A stretch of 28,276 bases of DNA from a virus. Its lineage: Duplodnaviria; Heunggongvirae; Uroviricota; Caudoviricetes. Position 1 is the stretch's first letter, and the number at the start of each line of letters is the position of its first letter. Under the pieces are notes generated by a model, which saw only the letters and a program-made list of their open reading frames with translations, searched no databases and was not told where the DNA came from. This document shows, one piece after another, positions 11,586 to 21,537 of this stretch. Position numbers and translations under genes: made by a program. Location of the stretch: IMG/VR virus record IMGVR_UViG_2671180294_000004. The stretch is one strand, 5' to 3'.

Positions 11586-14139
11586 ACCGGTAGGCGATCT
11601 GGTCGTTGATTTGAGTCTGGATGCGGCCAGATTTGACGAGCAGATGGCCAGAGTCAGGCGTCATTTTTCCGGTACGGAAAGTGATGCGAAAAAAACAGCG
11701 GCAGTCGTTGAACAGTCGCTGAGCCGACAGGCGCTGGCTGCACAGAAAGCGGGGATTTCCGTCGGGCAGTATAAAGCCGCCATGCGTATGCTGCCTGCAC
11801 AGTTCACCGACGTGGCCACGCAGCTTGCAGGGGGGCAGAATCCCTGGCTGATCCTGCTGCAACAGGGTGGTCAGGTTAAGGACTCCTTCGGCGGGATGAT
11901 CCCCATGTTCAGGGGGCTTGCCGGCGCGATCACCCTGCCGATGGTGGGGGCCACCTCGCTGGCGGTGGCGACCGGTGCGCTGGCGTATGCCTGGTATCAG
12001 GGCAACTCAACCCTGTCCGATTTCAACAAAACGCTGGTCCTTTCCGGTAATCAGGCGGGACTGACGGCAGATCGTATGCTGGTCCTGTCCAGAGCCGGGC
12101 AGGCGGCAGGGCTGACGTTTAACCAGACCAGCGAGTCACTCAGCGCACTGGTTAAGGCGGGGGTAAGCGGTGAGGCTCAGATTGCGTCCATCAGCCAGAG
12201 TGTGGCGCGTTTCTCCTCTGCATCCGGCGTGGAGGTGGACAAGGTCGCTGAAGCCTTCGGGAAGCTGACCACAGACCCGACGTCGGGGCTGACGGCGATG
12301 GCACGCCAGTTCCATAACGTGACGGCGGAGCAGATTGCGTATGTTGCTCAGTTGCAGCGTTCCGGCGATGAAGCCGGGGCATTGCAGGCGGCGAACGAGG
12401 CCGCAACGAAAGGGTTTGATGACCAGACCCGCCGCCTGAAAGAGAACATGGGCACGCTGGAGACCTGGGCAGACAGGACTGCACGTGCATTCAAATCCAT
12501 GTGGGATGCGGTGCTGGATATTGGTCGTCCTGATACCGCGCAGGAGATGCTGATTAAGGCAGAGGCTGCGTTTAAGAAAGCAGACGACATCTGGAATCTG
12601 CGCAAGGATGATTATTTCGTTAACGATGAAGCACGGGCGCGTTACTGGGATGATCGTGAAAAAAAACGCCTGGAGCGGGATGCAGCCCAAAAGAGGGTAG
12701 ATCAACAGCGTCAACAGGACAAAAATGCGCAGCAGCAGAGCGATACCGAAGCGTCACGGCTGAAATATACCGAAGAGGCGCAGAAGGCTTACGAACGGCT
12801 GCAGACGCCGCTGGAGAAATATACCGCCCGTCAGGAAGAACTGAACAAGGCACTGAAAGACGGAAAAATCCTGCAGGCAGATTACAACACGCTGATGGCG
12901 GCGGCGAAAAAGGATTATGAAGCGACGCTGAAAAAGCCGAAACAGTCCGGCGTGAAGGTGTATGCGGGCGATCGTCAGGAAGACAGTGCTCATGCGGCCC
13001 TGCTGACGCTTCAGGCAGAACTCCGGACGCTGGAGAAGCATGCCGGAGCGAATGAGAAAATCAGCCAGCAGCGCCGGGATTTGTGGAAGGCAGAAAGTCA
13101 GTTCGCGGTACTGGAGGAGGCGGCACAACGTCGCCAGCTGTCCGCACAGGAGAAATCCCTGCTGGCGCATAAAGACGAGACGCTGGAGTACAAACGCCAG
13201 CTGGCTGCACTTGGTGACAAGGTTACGTATCAGGAGCACCTGAATGCGCTGGCGCAGCAGGCGGATAAATTCGCACAGCAGCAACGGGCAAAACGGGCAG
13301 CCATTGATGCGAAAAACCGGGGGCTGACTGACCGGCAGGCAGCGCGGGAAGCCACGGAACAGCGCCTGAAGGAACAGTATGGCGATAATCCTCTGGCGCT
13401 GAATAACGTCATGTCAGAGCAGAAAAAGACCTGGGCGGCTGAAGACCAGCTTCGCGGGAGCTGGATGGCAGGCCTGAAGTCCGGCTGGAGTGAGTGGGAA
13501 GAGAGCGCCACGGACAGTATGTCACAGGTTAAAAGTGCAGCCACGCAGACCTTTGATGGTATTGCACAGAATATGGCGGCGATGCTGACCGGCAGTGAAC
13601 AGAACTGGCGCAGCTTCACCCGCTCCGTGCTGTCCATGATGACAGAAATTCTGCTTAAGCAGGCAATGGTGGGGATTGTCGGGAGTATCGGCAGCGCCAT
13701 TGGCGGGGCTGTTGGTGGCGGCGCATCCGCGTCAGGTGGTACAGCCATTCAGGCCGCTGCGGCGAAATTCCATTTTGCAACCGGGGGATTTACGGGAACC
13801 GGCGGCAAATATGAGCCAGCGGGGATTGTTCACCGTGGTGAATTTGTCTTCACGAAGGAGGCAACCAGCCGGATTGGCGTGGGGAATCTCTACCGGCTGA
13901 TGCGCGGCTATGCGGAAGGTGGTTATGTGGGCGGTGCCGGAAGTCCGGCGCAGATGCGGCGGGCTGAAGGCATTAATTTTAATCAGAACAATCACGTGGT
14001 GATTCAGAACGACGGTACGAATGGTCTGCCAGGTCCACAGATGATGAAGGCCGTGTATGACATGGCCCGCAAGGGTGCCCGTGATGAAATTCAGACACAG
14101 ATGCGTGATGGTGGCCTGTTCTCCGGAGGTGGACGATGA
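11578..14139 (+). CDS. H: Tail tape measure protein (lambda gpH)
   Basis: 853-aa ORF MAEPVGDLVVDLSLDAARFDEQMARVRRHFSGTESDAKK… with the lambda H sequence, a coiled-coil-rich centre and a Gly-rich C-terminal region. Confidence 0.95.
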   Translation: MAEPVGDLVVDLSLDAARFDEQMARVRRHFSGTESDAKKTAAVVEQSLSRQALAAQKAGISVGQYKAAMRMLPAQFTDVATQLAGGQNPWLILLQQGGQVKDSFGGMIPMFRGLAGAITLPMVGATSLAVATGALAYAWYQGNSTLSDFNKTLVLSGNQAGLTADRMLVLSRAGQAAGLTFNQTSESLSALVKAGVSGEAQIASISQSVARFSSASGVEVDKVAEAFGKLTTDPTSGLTAMARQFHNVTAEQIAYVAQLQRSGDEAGALQAANEAATKGFDDQTRRLKENMGTLETWADRTARAFKSMWDAVLDIGRPDTAQEMLIKAEAAFKKADDIWNLRKDDYFVNDEARARYWDDREKKRLERDAAQKRVDQQRQQDKNAQQQSDTEASRLKYTEEAQKAYERLQTPLEKYTARQEELNKALKDGKILQADYNTLMAAAKKDYEATLKKPKQSGVKVYAGDRQEDSAHAALLTLQAELRTLEKHAGANEKISQQRRDLWKAESQFAVLEEAAQRRQLSAQEKSLLAHKDETLEYKRQLAALGDKVTYQEHLNALAQQADKFAQQQRAKRAAIDAKNRGLTDRQAAREATEQRLKEQYGDNPLALNNVMSEQKKTWAAEDQLRGSWMAGLKSGWSEWEESATDSMSQVKSAATQTFDGIAQNMAAMLTGSEQNWRSFTRSVLSMMTEILLKQAMVGIVGSIGSAIGGAVGGGASASGGTAIQAAAAKFHFATGGFTGTGGKYEPAGIVHRGEFVFTKEATSRIGVGNLYRLMRGYAEGGYVGGAGSPAQMRRAEGINFNQNNHVVIQNDGTNGLPGPQMMKAVYDMARKGARDEIQTQMRDGGLFSGGGR

Positions 14140-14465
14140 AAACCTTCCGCTGGAAAGTGAAACCCGGTATGGATGTGGCTTCGGCCCCTTCTGTAAGAAA
14201 GGTGCGCTTTGGTGATGGCTATTCCCAGCGAGCGCCTGCCGGGCTGAATGCCAACCTGAAAACGTACAGCGTGACGCTTTCTGTCCCCCGTGAGGAGGCC
14301 ATGGTACTGGAGTCGTTTCTGGAAGAGCACGGGGGCTGGAAAGCCTTTCTGTGGACGCCGCCTTATGAGTGGCGGCAGATAAAGGTGACCTGCGCAAAAT
14401 GGTCGTCGCGGGTCAGTATGCTGCGTGTTGAGTTCAGCGCAGAGTTTGAACAGGTGGTGAACTGA
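14136..14465 (+). CDS. M: Tail tip protein (lambda gpM)
   Basis: 109-aa ORF MKTFRWKVKPGMDVAS…EFSAEFEQVVN matching lambda M; start overlaps the H stop. Confidence 0.9.
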   Translation: MKTFRWKVKPGMDVASAPSVRKVRFGDGYSQRAPAGLNANLKTYSVTLSVPREEAMVLESFLEEHGGWKAFLWTPPYEWRQIKVTCAKWSSRVSMLRVEFSAEFEQVVN

Positions 14466-15163
14466 TGCAGGATATCCGGCAGGAAACACTGAATGAATGC
14501 ACCCGTGCGGAGCAGTCGGCCAGCGTGGTGCTCTGGGAAATCGATCTGACAGAGGTCGGTGGAGAACGTTATTTTTTCTGTAATGAGCAGAACGAAAAAG
14601 GTGAGCCGGTCACCTGGCAGGGGCGACAGTATCAGCCGTATCCCATTCAGGGGAGTGGTTTTGAACTGAATGGCAAAGGCACCAGTACGCGCCCCACGCT
14701 GATGGTTTCTAACCTGTACGGTATGGTCACCGGGATGGCGGAAGATCTACAGAGTCTGGTCGGCGGAACGGTGGTCCGGCGTAAGGTTTACGCCCGTTTT
14801 CTGGATGCGGTGAACTTCGTCAACGGAAACAGTGACGCCGATCCGGAGCAGGAGGTGATCAGCCGCTGGCGCATTGAGCAGTGCAGCGAACTGAGCGCGG
14901 TGAGTGCCTCTTTTGTACTGTCCACGCCGACGGAAACAGATGGCGCTGTTTTTCCGGGACGTATCATGCTGGCCAACACCTGCACCTGGACCTATCGCGG
15001 CGATGAGTGCGGTTATCACGGTCCGGCGGTCGCGGATGAATATGACCAGCCAACGTCCGACATCACGAAGGATAAATGCAGCAAATGCCTGAGTGGCTGT
15101 AAGTTTCGCAATAACGTCGGCAACTTTGGCGGCTTCCTTTCCATTAACAAACTTTCGCAGTAA
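14465..15163 (+). CDS. L: Tail tip protein (lambda gpL)
   Basis: 232-aa ORF MQDIRQETLNECTRAEQSASVVLWEIDLTEVGGERYFFCNEQNEKGEPVTWQGRQYQPYPIQGSGFELNGKG… matching lambda L. Confidence 0.9.
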   Translation: MQDIRQETLNECTRAEQSASVVLWEIDLTEVGGERYFFCNEQNEKGEPVTWQGRQYQPYPIQGSGFELNGKGTSTRPTLMVSNLYGMVTGMAEDLQSLVGGTVVRRKVYARFLDAVNFVNGNSDADPEQEVISRWRIEQCSELSAVSASFVLSTPTETDGAVFPGRIMLANTCTWTYRGDECGYHGPAVADEYDQPTSDITKDKCSKCLSGCKFRNNVGNFGGFLSINKLSQ

Positions 15164-15168
15164 ATCCC

Positions 15169-15912
15169 ATGACAGAGACAGAATCAGCGATTCTGGCGCA
15201 CGCCCGGCGATGTGCTCCAGCGGAGTCGTGCGGCTTCGTGGTAAGAACGCCGGAGGGGGAAAGATATTTCCCCTGCGTGAATATCTCCGGTGAGCCGGAG
15301 GCGTATTTCCGTATGTCGCCGGAAGACTGGCTGCAGGCAGAGATGCAGGGTGAGATTGTGGCACTGGTCCACAGCCACCCCGGTGGTCTGCCCTGGCTGA
15401 GTGAGGCCGACCGGCGGCTGCAGGTGCAGAGTGATTTGCCGTGGTGGCTGGTCTGCCGGGGGGCGATTCACAAGTTCCGCTGTGTGCCACATCTTACCGG
15501 GCGGCGCTTTGAGCACGGGGTGACGGACTGTTACACGCTGTTCCGGGATGCTTACCATCTGGCGGGGATTGAGATGCCGGATTTTCATCGTGAGGATGAC
15601 TGGTGGCGTCACGGTCAGAATCTCTATCTGGATAATCTGGAGGCCACAGGGCTGTATCAGGTGCCGTTGTCAGCGGCGCAGCCGGGCGATGTGCTGCTGT
15701 GCTGTTTTGGTTCATCGGTGCCGAATCATGCCGCCATTTACTGTGGTGACGGCGAGCTGCTGCACCATATTCCTGAACAACTGAGCAAACGAGAGAGGTA
15801 TACCGACAAATGGCAGCGACGCACACACTCCCTCTGGCGTCACCGGGCATGGCACGCATCTGCCTTTACGGGGATTTGCAACGATTTGGCCGCCGCATCG
15901 ACCTTCGTGTGA
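15169..15912 (+). CDS. K: Tail tip assembly protein (lambda gpK), long form with JAMM/MPN and NlpC/P60 domains
   Basis: Matches lambda K. The long ORF includes an upstream Glu and an HSHPGGLPWLSEAD JAMM-type metal-binding motif, with the Cys/His NlpC/P60-like region downstream. The classical lambda annotation begins at the internal ATG at 15313 (199 aa). Confidence 0.85.
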   Translation: MTETESAILAHARRCAPAESCGFVVRTPEGERYFPCVNISGEPEAYFRMSPEDWLQAEMQGEIVALVHSHPGGLPWLSEADRRLQVQSDLPWWLVCRGAIHKFRCVPHLTGRRFEHGVTDCYTLFRDAYHLAGIEMPDFHREDDWWRHGQNLYLDNLEATGLYQVPLSAAQPGDVLLCCFGSSVPNHAAIYCGDGELLHHIPEQLSKRERYTDKWQRRTHSLWRHRAWHASAFTGICNDLAAASTFV

Positions 15913-16481
15913 AAACGGGTGCCGAAGCCATCCGGGCGATGGCCACACAGCTCCCTGCGTTTCGTCAGAAGCTGAGCGACGGCTGGTATCAGGTGCGTAT
16001 TGCCGGGCAGGATGTTAGCACGTCCGGATTAACGGCGCAGTTACATGAGGCTCTGCCTGACGGCGCTGTGATTCATATTGTTCCCAGAGTCGCCGGGGCC
16101 AAGTCAGGTGGTGTATTCCAGATTGTCCTGGGAGCAGCCGCCATTGCCGGATCATTCTTTACCGCCGGAGCCACCCTTGCAGCATGGGGGGCTGCCATTG
16201 GTGCCGGTGGTATGACCGGCATTCTGTTTTCTCTCGGTGCCAGTATGGTGCTCGGCGGTGTGGCTCAGATGCTGGCACCGAAAGCCAGAACTCCCCGCAC
16301 ACAGACAACGGATAACGGTAAGCAGAACATCTATTTCTCCTCACTGGATAACATGGTTGCCCAGGGCAATGTTATGCCTGTTCTGTATGGTGAAATGCGC
16401 GTGGGGTCACGTGTGGTATCTCAGGAGATCAGCACGGCAGACGAAGGGGACGGTGGTCAGGTTGTGGTGATTGGTCGCTGA
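15810..16481 (+). CDS. I: Tail tip assembly protein (lambda gpI)
   Basis: 223-aa ORF MAATHTLPLASPGMARICLYGDLQRFGRRIDLRVKTGAEAIRA… matching lambda I; overlaps the K 3' end as in lambda. Confidence 0.9.
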   Translation: MAATHTLPLASPGMARICLYGDLQRFGRRIDLRVKTGAEAIRAMATQLPAFRQKLSDGWYQVRIAGQDVSTSGLTAQLHEALPDGAVIHIVPRVAGAKSGGVFQIVLGAAAIAGSFFTAGATLAAWGAAIGAGGMTGILFSLGASMVLGGVAQMLAPKARTPRTQTTDNGKQNIYFSSLDNMVAQGNVMPVLYGEMRVGSRVVSQEISTADEGDGGQVVVIGR

Positions 16482-16541
16482 TGCAAAATGTTTTATGTGA
16501 AATCGCCTCCGGGCGGTTTTATCGTTTATGGAGCATGACGA

Positions 16542-19500
16542 ATGGGTAAAGGCAGCAGTAAGGGGCATACCCCGCGCGAAGCGAAGGACAACCTGAAGTC
16601 CACGCAGCTGCTGAGTGTGATCGATGCCATCAGCGAAGGGCCGGTTGAAGGTCCGGTGGATGGATTAAAAAGCGTGCTGCTGAACAGTACGCCGGTGCTG
16701 GACAGTGAGGGGAATACCAACATCTCCGGCGTCACGGTGGTGTTCCGGGCAGGTGAGCAGGAGCAGTCACCGCCGGAGGGATTTGAATCCTCCGGCTCCG
16801 AGACGGTGCTGGGTACGGAAGTGAAATATGACACGCCGATCACCCGGACCATCACGTCGGCAAACATTGACCGACTGCGTTTTACCTTCGGTGTACAGGC
16901 ACTGGTGGAAACCACCTCAAAGGGAGACAGGAATCCGTCTGAAGTTCGCCTGCTGGTTCAGATACAGCGTAACGGTGGCTGGGTGACGGAAAAAGACATC
17001 ACCATTAAGGGCAAAACCACCTCGCAGTATCTGGCCTCGGTGGTGGTGGATAACCTGCCGCCGCGCCCGTTTAATATCCGGATGCGCAGAATGACGCCGG
17101 ACAGCACCACAGACCAGCTGCAGAACAAAACGCTCTGGTCGTCATACACCGAAATCATCGATGTGAAACAGTGCTACCCGAACACGGCACTGGTCGGCGT
17201 ACAGGTGGATTCGGAGCAGTTCGGCAGCCAGCAGGTGAGCCGTAATTATCATCTTCGCGGGCGCATTCTGCAGGTGCCGTCGAACTATAATCCGCAGACG
17301 CGGCAATACAGCGGTATCTGGGACGGAACGTTAAAACCGGCATACAGCAACAACATGGCCTGGTGTCTGTGGGATATGCTGACCCATCCGCGCTATGGCA
17401 TGGGGAAACGTCTTGGTGCGGCAGATGTGGATAAATGGGCGCTGTATGTCATCGGCCAGTACTGTGACCAGTCGGTGCCGGACGGCTTTGGCAGCACGGA
17501 GCCGCGCATCACCTGTAATGCCTGGCTGACCACACAGCGCAAGGCGTGGGATGTGCTCAGTGATTTCTGCTCGGCGATGCGCTGTATGCCGGTATGGAAC
17601 GGGCAGACGCTGACGTTCGTGCAGGACCGACAGTCGGATAAGGTGTGGGCCTATAACCGCAGTAATGTGGTGATGCCGGATGATGGCGCGCCGTTCCGCT
17701 ACAGTTTCAGCGCCCTGAAAGACCGCCATAATGCCGTTGAGGTGAACTGGATTGACCCGGATAACGGCTGGGAGACGGCGACAGAGCTTGTGGAGGATAC
17801 GCAGGCCATTGTCCGTTACGGTCGTAACGTCACGAAGATGGATGCCTTTGGCTGTACCAGCCGGGGGCAGGCACACCGCGCCGGGCTGTGGCTGATTAAA
17901 ACGGAACTGCTGGAGACGCAGACCGTGGATTTCAGCGTGGGTGCTGAAGGGCTTCGTCATGTACCGGGCGATGTCATTGAAATCTGCGATGATGACTATG
18001 CCGGTATCCGCACCGGCGGGCGCGTGCTGGCGGTGAACAGCCAGACCCGGACGCTGACGCTCGACCGTGAAATCACGCTGCCATCCTCCGGCACCACGCT
18101 GATAAGCCTGGTTGACGGGCAGGGGAATCCGGTCAGCGTGGAGGTCCAGTCCGTCACCGACGGCGTGAAGGTAAAAGTGAGCCGTGTTCCTGACGGTGTT
18201 GCTGAATACAGCGTGTGGGGGCTGAAGCTGCCGACGCTGCACCAGCGATTGTTCCGCTGCGTGAGTATCCGTGAGAACGACGACGGCACGTATGCCATCA
18301 CCGCCGTGCAGCATGTGCCGGAAAAAGAAGCCATCGTGGATAACGGGGCGCACTTTGACGGCGACCAGAGCGGCACGGTGAATGGTGTCACGCCGCCAGC
18401 GGTGCAGCACCTGACTGCCGAAGTCACCGCAGACAGCGGGGAATATCAGGTGCTGGCGCGCTGGGACACGCCGAAGGTGGTGAAGGGCGTGAGCTTCCTG
18501 CTCCGTCTGACCGTAACAGCGGATGACGGCAGTGAGCGGCTGGTCAGCACGGCCCGGACGACGGAAACCACTTACCGCTTCACACAACTGGCGCTGGGGA
18601 ACTACAGGCTGACAGTCCGGGCAGTAAATGCGTGGGGGCAGCAGGGCGATCCGGCGTCGGTATCGTTCCGGATTGCCGCACCGGCAGCGCTGTCGCGGAT
18701 TGAGCTGACGCCGGGCTATTTTCAGATAACCGCAACGCCGCATCTTGCCGTTTATGACCCGACGGTACAGTTTGAGTTCTGGTTCTCGGAAAAGCGGATT
18801 GCGGATATCAGGCAGGTTGAAACCAGCGCCCGCTATCTTGGCACGGCGCTGTACTGGATAGCCGCCAGTATCAATATCAAACCGGGCCATGATTATTATT
18901 TTTACGTTCGCAGTGTGAACACCGTTGGCAAATCGGCATTCGTGGAGGCTGTTGGTCAGCCGAGTGATGATGCATCCGGTTATCTGGATTTTTTCAAAGG
19001 CGAGATAGGGAAAACCCATCTGGCTCAGGAGCTGTGGACGCAGATTGATAACGGTCAGCTTGCGCCTGACCTGGCTGAAATCAGGACGTCCATTACGGAT
19101 GTCAGCAATGAAATCACGCAGACTGTCAATAAGAAACTGAAAGACCAGAGTGCGGCAATCCAGCAGATACAGAAGGTTCAGGTTGATACAAATAATAACC
19201 TGAACAGCATGTGGGCTGTGAAGCTGCAGCAGATGCAGGACGGACGCCTTTATATCGCGGGTATTGGTGCCGGTATTGAGAACACCCCTGACGGCATGCA
19301 GAGTCAGGTGCTGCTGGCGGCGGACAGGATTGCGATGGTTAATCCTGCGAATGGCAACACAAAACCGATGTTTGTTGGTCAGGGCGATCAGATATTCATG
19401 AACGACGTGTTCCTGAAACGCCTGACGGCTCCCACCATTACCAGCGGCGGTAATCCTCCGGCATTTTCCCTGACACCGGACGGAAAACTGACCGCTAAAA

Positions 19501-20021
19501 ATGCAGATATCAGTGGCAGTGTGAATGCGAACGCCGGGACGCTCAACAATGTCACAATTAATGAGAACTGTCAGATTAAGGGGAAACTGTCAGCCAACCA
19601 GATTGAAGGCGATATAGTCAAAACAGTGGGTAAGGCTTTTCCGCGGGACTCCCGGGCACCGGAGCGGTGGCCATCAGGGACCATTACCGTCAGGATTTAT
19701 GACGATCAGCCTTTTGACAGGCAAATTGTTATTCCGGCGGTGGCATTCAGCGGCGCTAAACATGAGCGGGAGAATAACGATATTTATTCGTCATGCCGCC
19801 TGATAGTACGGAAAAACGGTGCTGAAATTTATAACCGTACCGCGCTGGATAATACGCTGATTTACAGTGGTGTTATTGATATGCCAGCTGGTCGCGGCCA
19901 CATGACGCTGGAGTTTTCGGTGTCAGCATGGCTGGTGAATAACTGGTATCCCACAGCAAGTATCAGCGATTTGCTGGTTGTGGTGATGAAGAAAGCCACC
20001 GCAGGCATCAGTATCAGCTGA
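16542..20021 (+). CDS. J: Central tail fibre / host specificity protein (lambda gpJ-type), 1159 aa
   Basis: [54 protein letters not shown]… is lambda J-like over most of its length, followed by a C-terminal receptor-binding region. Confidence 0.95.
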   Translation: MGKGSSKGHTPREAKDNLKSTQLLSVIDAISEGPVEGPVDGLKSVLLNSTPVLDSEGNTNISGVTVVFRAGEQEQSPPEGFESSGSETVLGTEVKYDTPITRTITSANIDRLRFTFGVQALVETTSKGDRNPSEVRLLVQIQRNGGWVTEKDITIKGKTTSQYLASVVVDNLPPRPFNIRMRRMTPDSTTDQLQNKTLWSSYTEIIDVKQCYPNTALVGVQVDSEQFGSQQVSRNYHLRGRILQVPSNYNPQTRQYSGIWDGTLKPAYSNNMAWCLWDMLTHPRYGMGKRLGAADVDKWALYVIGQYCDQSVPDGFGSTEPRITCNAWLTTQRKAWDVLSDFCSAMRCMPVWNGQTLTFVQDRQSDKVWAYNRSNVVMPDDGAPFRYSFSALKDRHNAVEVNWIDPDNGWETATELVEDTQAIVRYGRNVTKMDAFGCTSRGQAHRAGLWLIKTELLETQTVDFSVGAEGLRHVPGDVIEICDDDYAGIRTGGRVLAVNSQTRTLTLDREITLPSSGTTLISLVDGQGNPVSVEVQSVTDGVKVKVSRVPDGVAEYSVWGLKLPTLHQRLFRCVSIRENDDGTYAITAVQHVPEKEAIVDNGAHFDGDQSGTVNGVTPPAVQHLTAEVTADSGEYQVLARWDTPKVVKGVSFLLRLTVTADDGSERLVSTARTTETTYRFTQLALGNYRLTVRAVNAWGQQGDPASVSFRIAAPAALSRIELTPGYFQITATPHLAVYDPTVQFEFWFSEKRIADIRQVETSARYLGTALYWIAASINIKPGHDYYFYVRSVNTVGKSAFVEAVGQPSDDASGYLDFFKGEIGKTHLAQELWTQIDNGQLAPDLAEIRTSITDVSNEITQTVNKKLKDQSAAIQQIQKVQVDTNNNLNSMWAVKLQQMQDGRLYIAGIGAGIENTPDGMQSQVLLAADRIAMVNPANGNTKPMFVGQGDQIFMNDVFLKRLTAPTITSGGNPPAFSLTPDGKLTAKNADISGSVNANAGTLNNVTINENCQIKGKLSANQIEGDIVKTVGKAFPRDSRAPERWPSGTITVRIYDDQPFDRQIVIPAVAFSGAKHERENNDIYSSCRLIVRKNGAEIYNRTALDNTLIYSGVIDMPAGRGHMTLEFSVSAWLVNNWYPTASISDLLVVVMKKATAGISIS

Positions 20022-20041
20022 ATTTTATAACCCATATACGG

Positions 20042-20068
20042 GCGCCAGAAATGGCGCCTTTTTTATTG
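20042..20068 (+). terminator. Rho-independent terminator after J
   Basis: GGCGCCA-GAAA-TGGCGCC hairpin followed by TTTTTTATT, 20 nt after the J stop. Confidence 0.7.
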
Positions 20069-20088
20069 CAGAAAAGCGAGAGGTAATT

Positions 20089-20159
20089 ATGCGTAAAGTT
20101 TGTGCAGCCATTTTGTCCGCAGCCATCTGTCTGTCCGTATCCGGTGCGCCTGCATGGGC
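20089..20159 (+). CDS. lom: lom 5' fragment (signal-peptide region only), cut off at a scaffold join (N at 20160)
   Basis: MRKVCAAILSAAICLSVSGAPAW is the same N-terminus as the lom copy at 20792, with the same RBS; the sequence then changes abruptly at the single N. Confidence 0.6.
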
Positions 20160-20160
20160 N

Positions 20161-20721
20161 GACGGAAAGCTGACCGCTAAAAATGCGGATATCAGTGGCA
20201 GTGTGAATGCGAACGCCGGGACGCTCAACAATGTCACGGTAAATGAAAACTGTACGATTAAGGGCATGCTGGAGGCGACTCAGGTCAGAGGTGACTTCGT
20301 TAAAGCTGTATCCAAATCATTTCCGAAACAGGCTGGTACGTGGGGTAACACGGAAACACCAAACGGGACGGTTACAGTCACCATAAGCGATGATCATAAC
20401 TTTGACCGCCAGATTATTATTCCGCCCATTATTTTTAACGGTATAGCGTATGACGATCCGGGGAGCGGAAATAACCCAGGAGGCACGCGATACACGGGTT
20501 ATGGTTTTGAAGTTCGCAAAAACGGCGTATTAATCGCATCCAGAGAAACTAAAGGTGCCATTCCCGGTAGTTACAGTGCAGTTATTGATATGCCTAGTGG
20601 TGGTGGTAGCGTCACTCTGGAGTTTAAGATTTTCCAGAAAGGCAATCAGGGGGCAGGCAATATCACCGACTGTACGGTGATTGTGACCAAAAAAGCGGCT
20701 TCCGGCATCAGTATTCGTTGA
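20161..20721 (+). CDS. 3' fragment of a second, divergent J-type host-specificity gene (alternative C-terminal receptor-binding domain); 5' end missing at the scaffold join
   Basis: The first ~90 nt are near-identical to J 19488..19580 ([25 protein letters not shown]) and then diverge while keeping the same domain organisation, ending …TKKAASGISIR. Followed by its own terminator and a lom gene. Confidence 0.7.
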   Translation, partial: DGKLTAKNADISGSVNANAGTLNNVTVNENCTIKGMLEATQVRGDFVKAVSKSFPKQAGTWGNTETPNGTVTVTISDDHNFDRQIIIPPIIFNGIAYDDPGSGNNPGGTRYTGYGFEVRKNGVLIASRETKGAIPGSYSAVIDMPSGGGSVTLEFKIFQKGNQGAGNITDCTVIVTKKAASGISIR

Positions 20722-20743
20722 AATATTTATAACCCCAATAAAT

Positions 20744-20768
20744 GGCGTCAGGAATGACGCCTTTTTTA
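20744..20768 (+). terminator. Rho-independent terminator after the second J 3' end
   Basis: GGCGTCA-GGAA-TGACGCC hairpin plus TTTTTTATT, paralogous to the terminator at 20042. Confidence 0.65.
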
Positions 20769-20791
20769 TTGCAGAAAAGCGAGAGGTAATT

Positions 20792-21274
20792 ATGCGTAAA
20801 GTTTGTGCAGCCATTTTGTCCGCAGCCATTTGCCTGGCCGTATCCGGTGCGCCTGCATGGGCGTCTGAACATCAGTCCACGCTGAGCGCGGGGTATCTTC
20901 ATGCCCGGACCAACGTTCCCGGCAGTGATGATCTGAACGGGATTAACGTGAAATACCGTTATGAGTTTACGGATACGCTGGGGCTGGTGACGTCATTCAG
21001 CTATGCAGGAGACAAGAATCGCCAGCTGACCCGTTACAGCGATACCCGCTGGCATGAAGATTCCGTGCGTAACCGCTGGTTCAGCGTGATGGCGGGGCCG
21101 TCTGTGCGCGTGAATGAATGGTTCAGCGCGTATGCGATGGCGGGTGTGGCTTACAGCCGTGTGTCGACTTTTTCCGGGGATTATATCCGCGTAACTGACA
21201 ATAAGGGGAAAACGCACGATGTGCTGACCGGAAGTGATGACGGTCGCCACAGCAACACGTCTCTGGCGCACTGA
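20792..21274 (+). CDS. lom: Lom/Ail/OmpX-family outer-membrane protein, 3'-truncated by an apparent frameshift deletion (possible pseudogene)
   Basis: Signal peptide followed by Lom-like beta-barrel sequence (GINVKYRYEFTD…SAYAMAGVAYSRVST…) that stops prematurely at …HSNTSLAH*. The last Lom strand (WRTDGFIVGVGYKF*) is present in the +1 frame at 21264..21308. Confidence 0.6.
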   Translation: MRKVCAAILSAAICLAVSGAPAWASEHQSTLSAGYLHARTNVPGSDDLNGINVKYRYEFTDTLGLVTSFSYAGDKNRQLTRYSDTRWHEDSVRNRWFSVMAGPSVRVNEWFSAYAMAGVAYSRVSTFSGDYIRVTDNKGKTHDVLTGSDDGRHSNTSLAH

Positions 21275-21334
21275 CGGTTTCATCGTGGGTGTCGGTTATA
21301 AATTCTGATTAGCCAGGTAACACAGTGTTATGAC

Positions 21335-21362
21335 AGCCCGCCGGTTCAGGCGGGCTTTTTTG
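21335..21362 (+). terminator. Rho-independent terminator between lom and stf
   Basis: AGCCCGCC-GGTTCA-GGCGGGCT hairpin followed by TTTTTT; an identical copy lies at 23859..23886. Confidence 0.65.
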
Positions 21363-21372
21363 TGGGGTGAAT

Positions 21373-21526
21373 ATGGCAGTAAAGATTTCAGGTGTACTGA
21401 AAGACGGCACAGGAAAACCGGTACAGAACTGCACAATCCAGCTGAAAGCAAAACGTAACAGCACCACGGTGGTGGTGAACACGCTGGCCTCAGAAAATCC
21501 GGATGAAGCCGGGCGTTACAGCATGG
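21373..21526 (+). CDS. stf: stf 5' fragment (side tail fibre N-terminus), interrupted by the N gap at 21527..21537
   Basis: [51 protein letters not shown] is identical to the start of the complete stf at 23897, then runs into the Ns. Confidence 0.6.
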
Positions 21527-21537
21527 NNNNNNNNNNN

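Larger units (their letters stand above)
21185..21526 (+). repeat. 342-bp direct repeat (lom 3' end, terminator, stf 5' end); second copy at 23709..24050
   Basis: The two segments are identical by eye; both copies abut N runs. Confidence 0.8.

Noticed and set aside
12136-14397. Several minus-strand ORFs (about 170 to 220 aa) inside the tape measure gene H
   Set aside because: Antisense to a strongly supported gene; artefacts of a GC-rich repetitive coding region.
17331-19019. 562-aa minus-strand ORF inside J
   Set aside because: Antisense to J, Arg/Pro/His-rich composition typical of a spurious frame in GC-rich coding DNA.
20089-20721. 210-aa ORF that looks like a fusion of the Lom signal peptide to a J-like receptor-binding domain (a secreted RBD)
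   Set aside because: The junction coincides exactly with the single N at 20160, so the fusion is most likely a scaffolding artefact joining a lom 5' contig end to a J 3' contig start.
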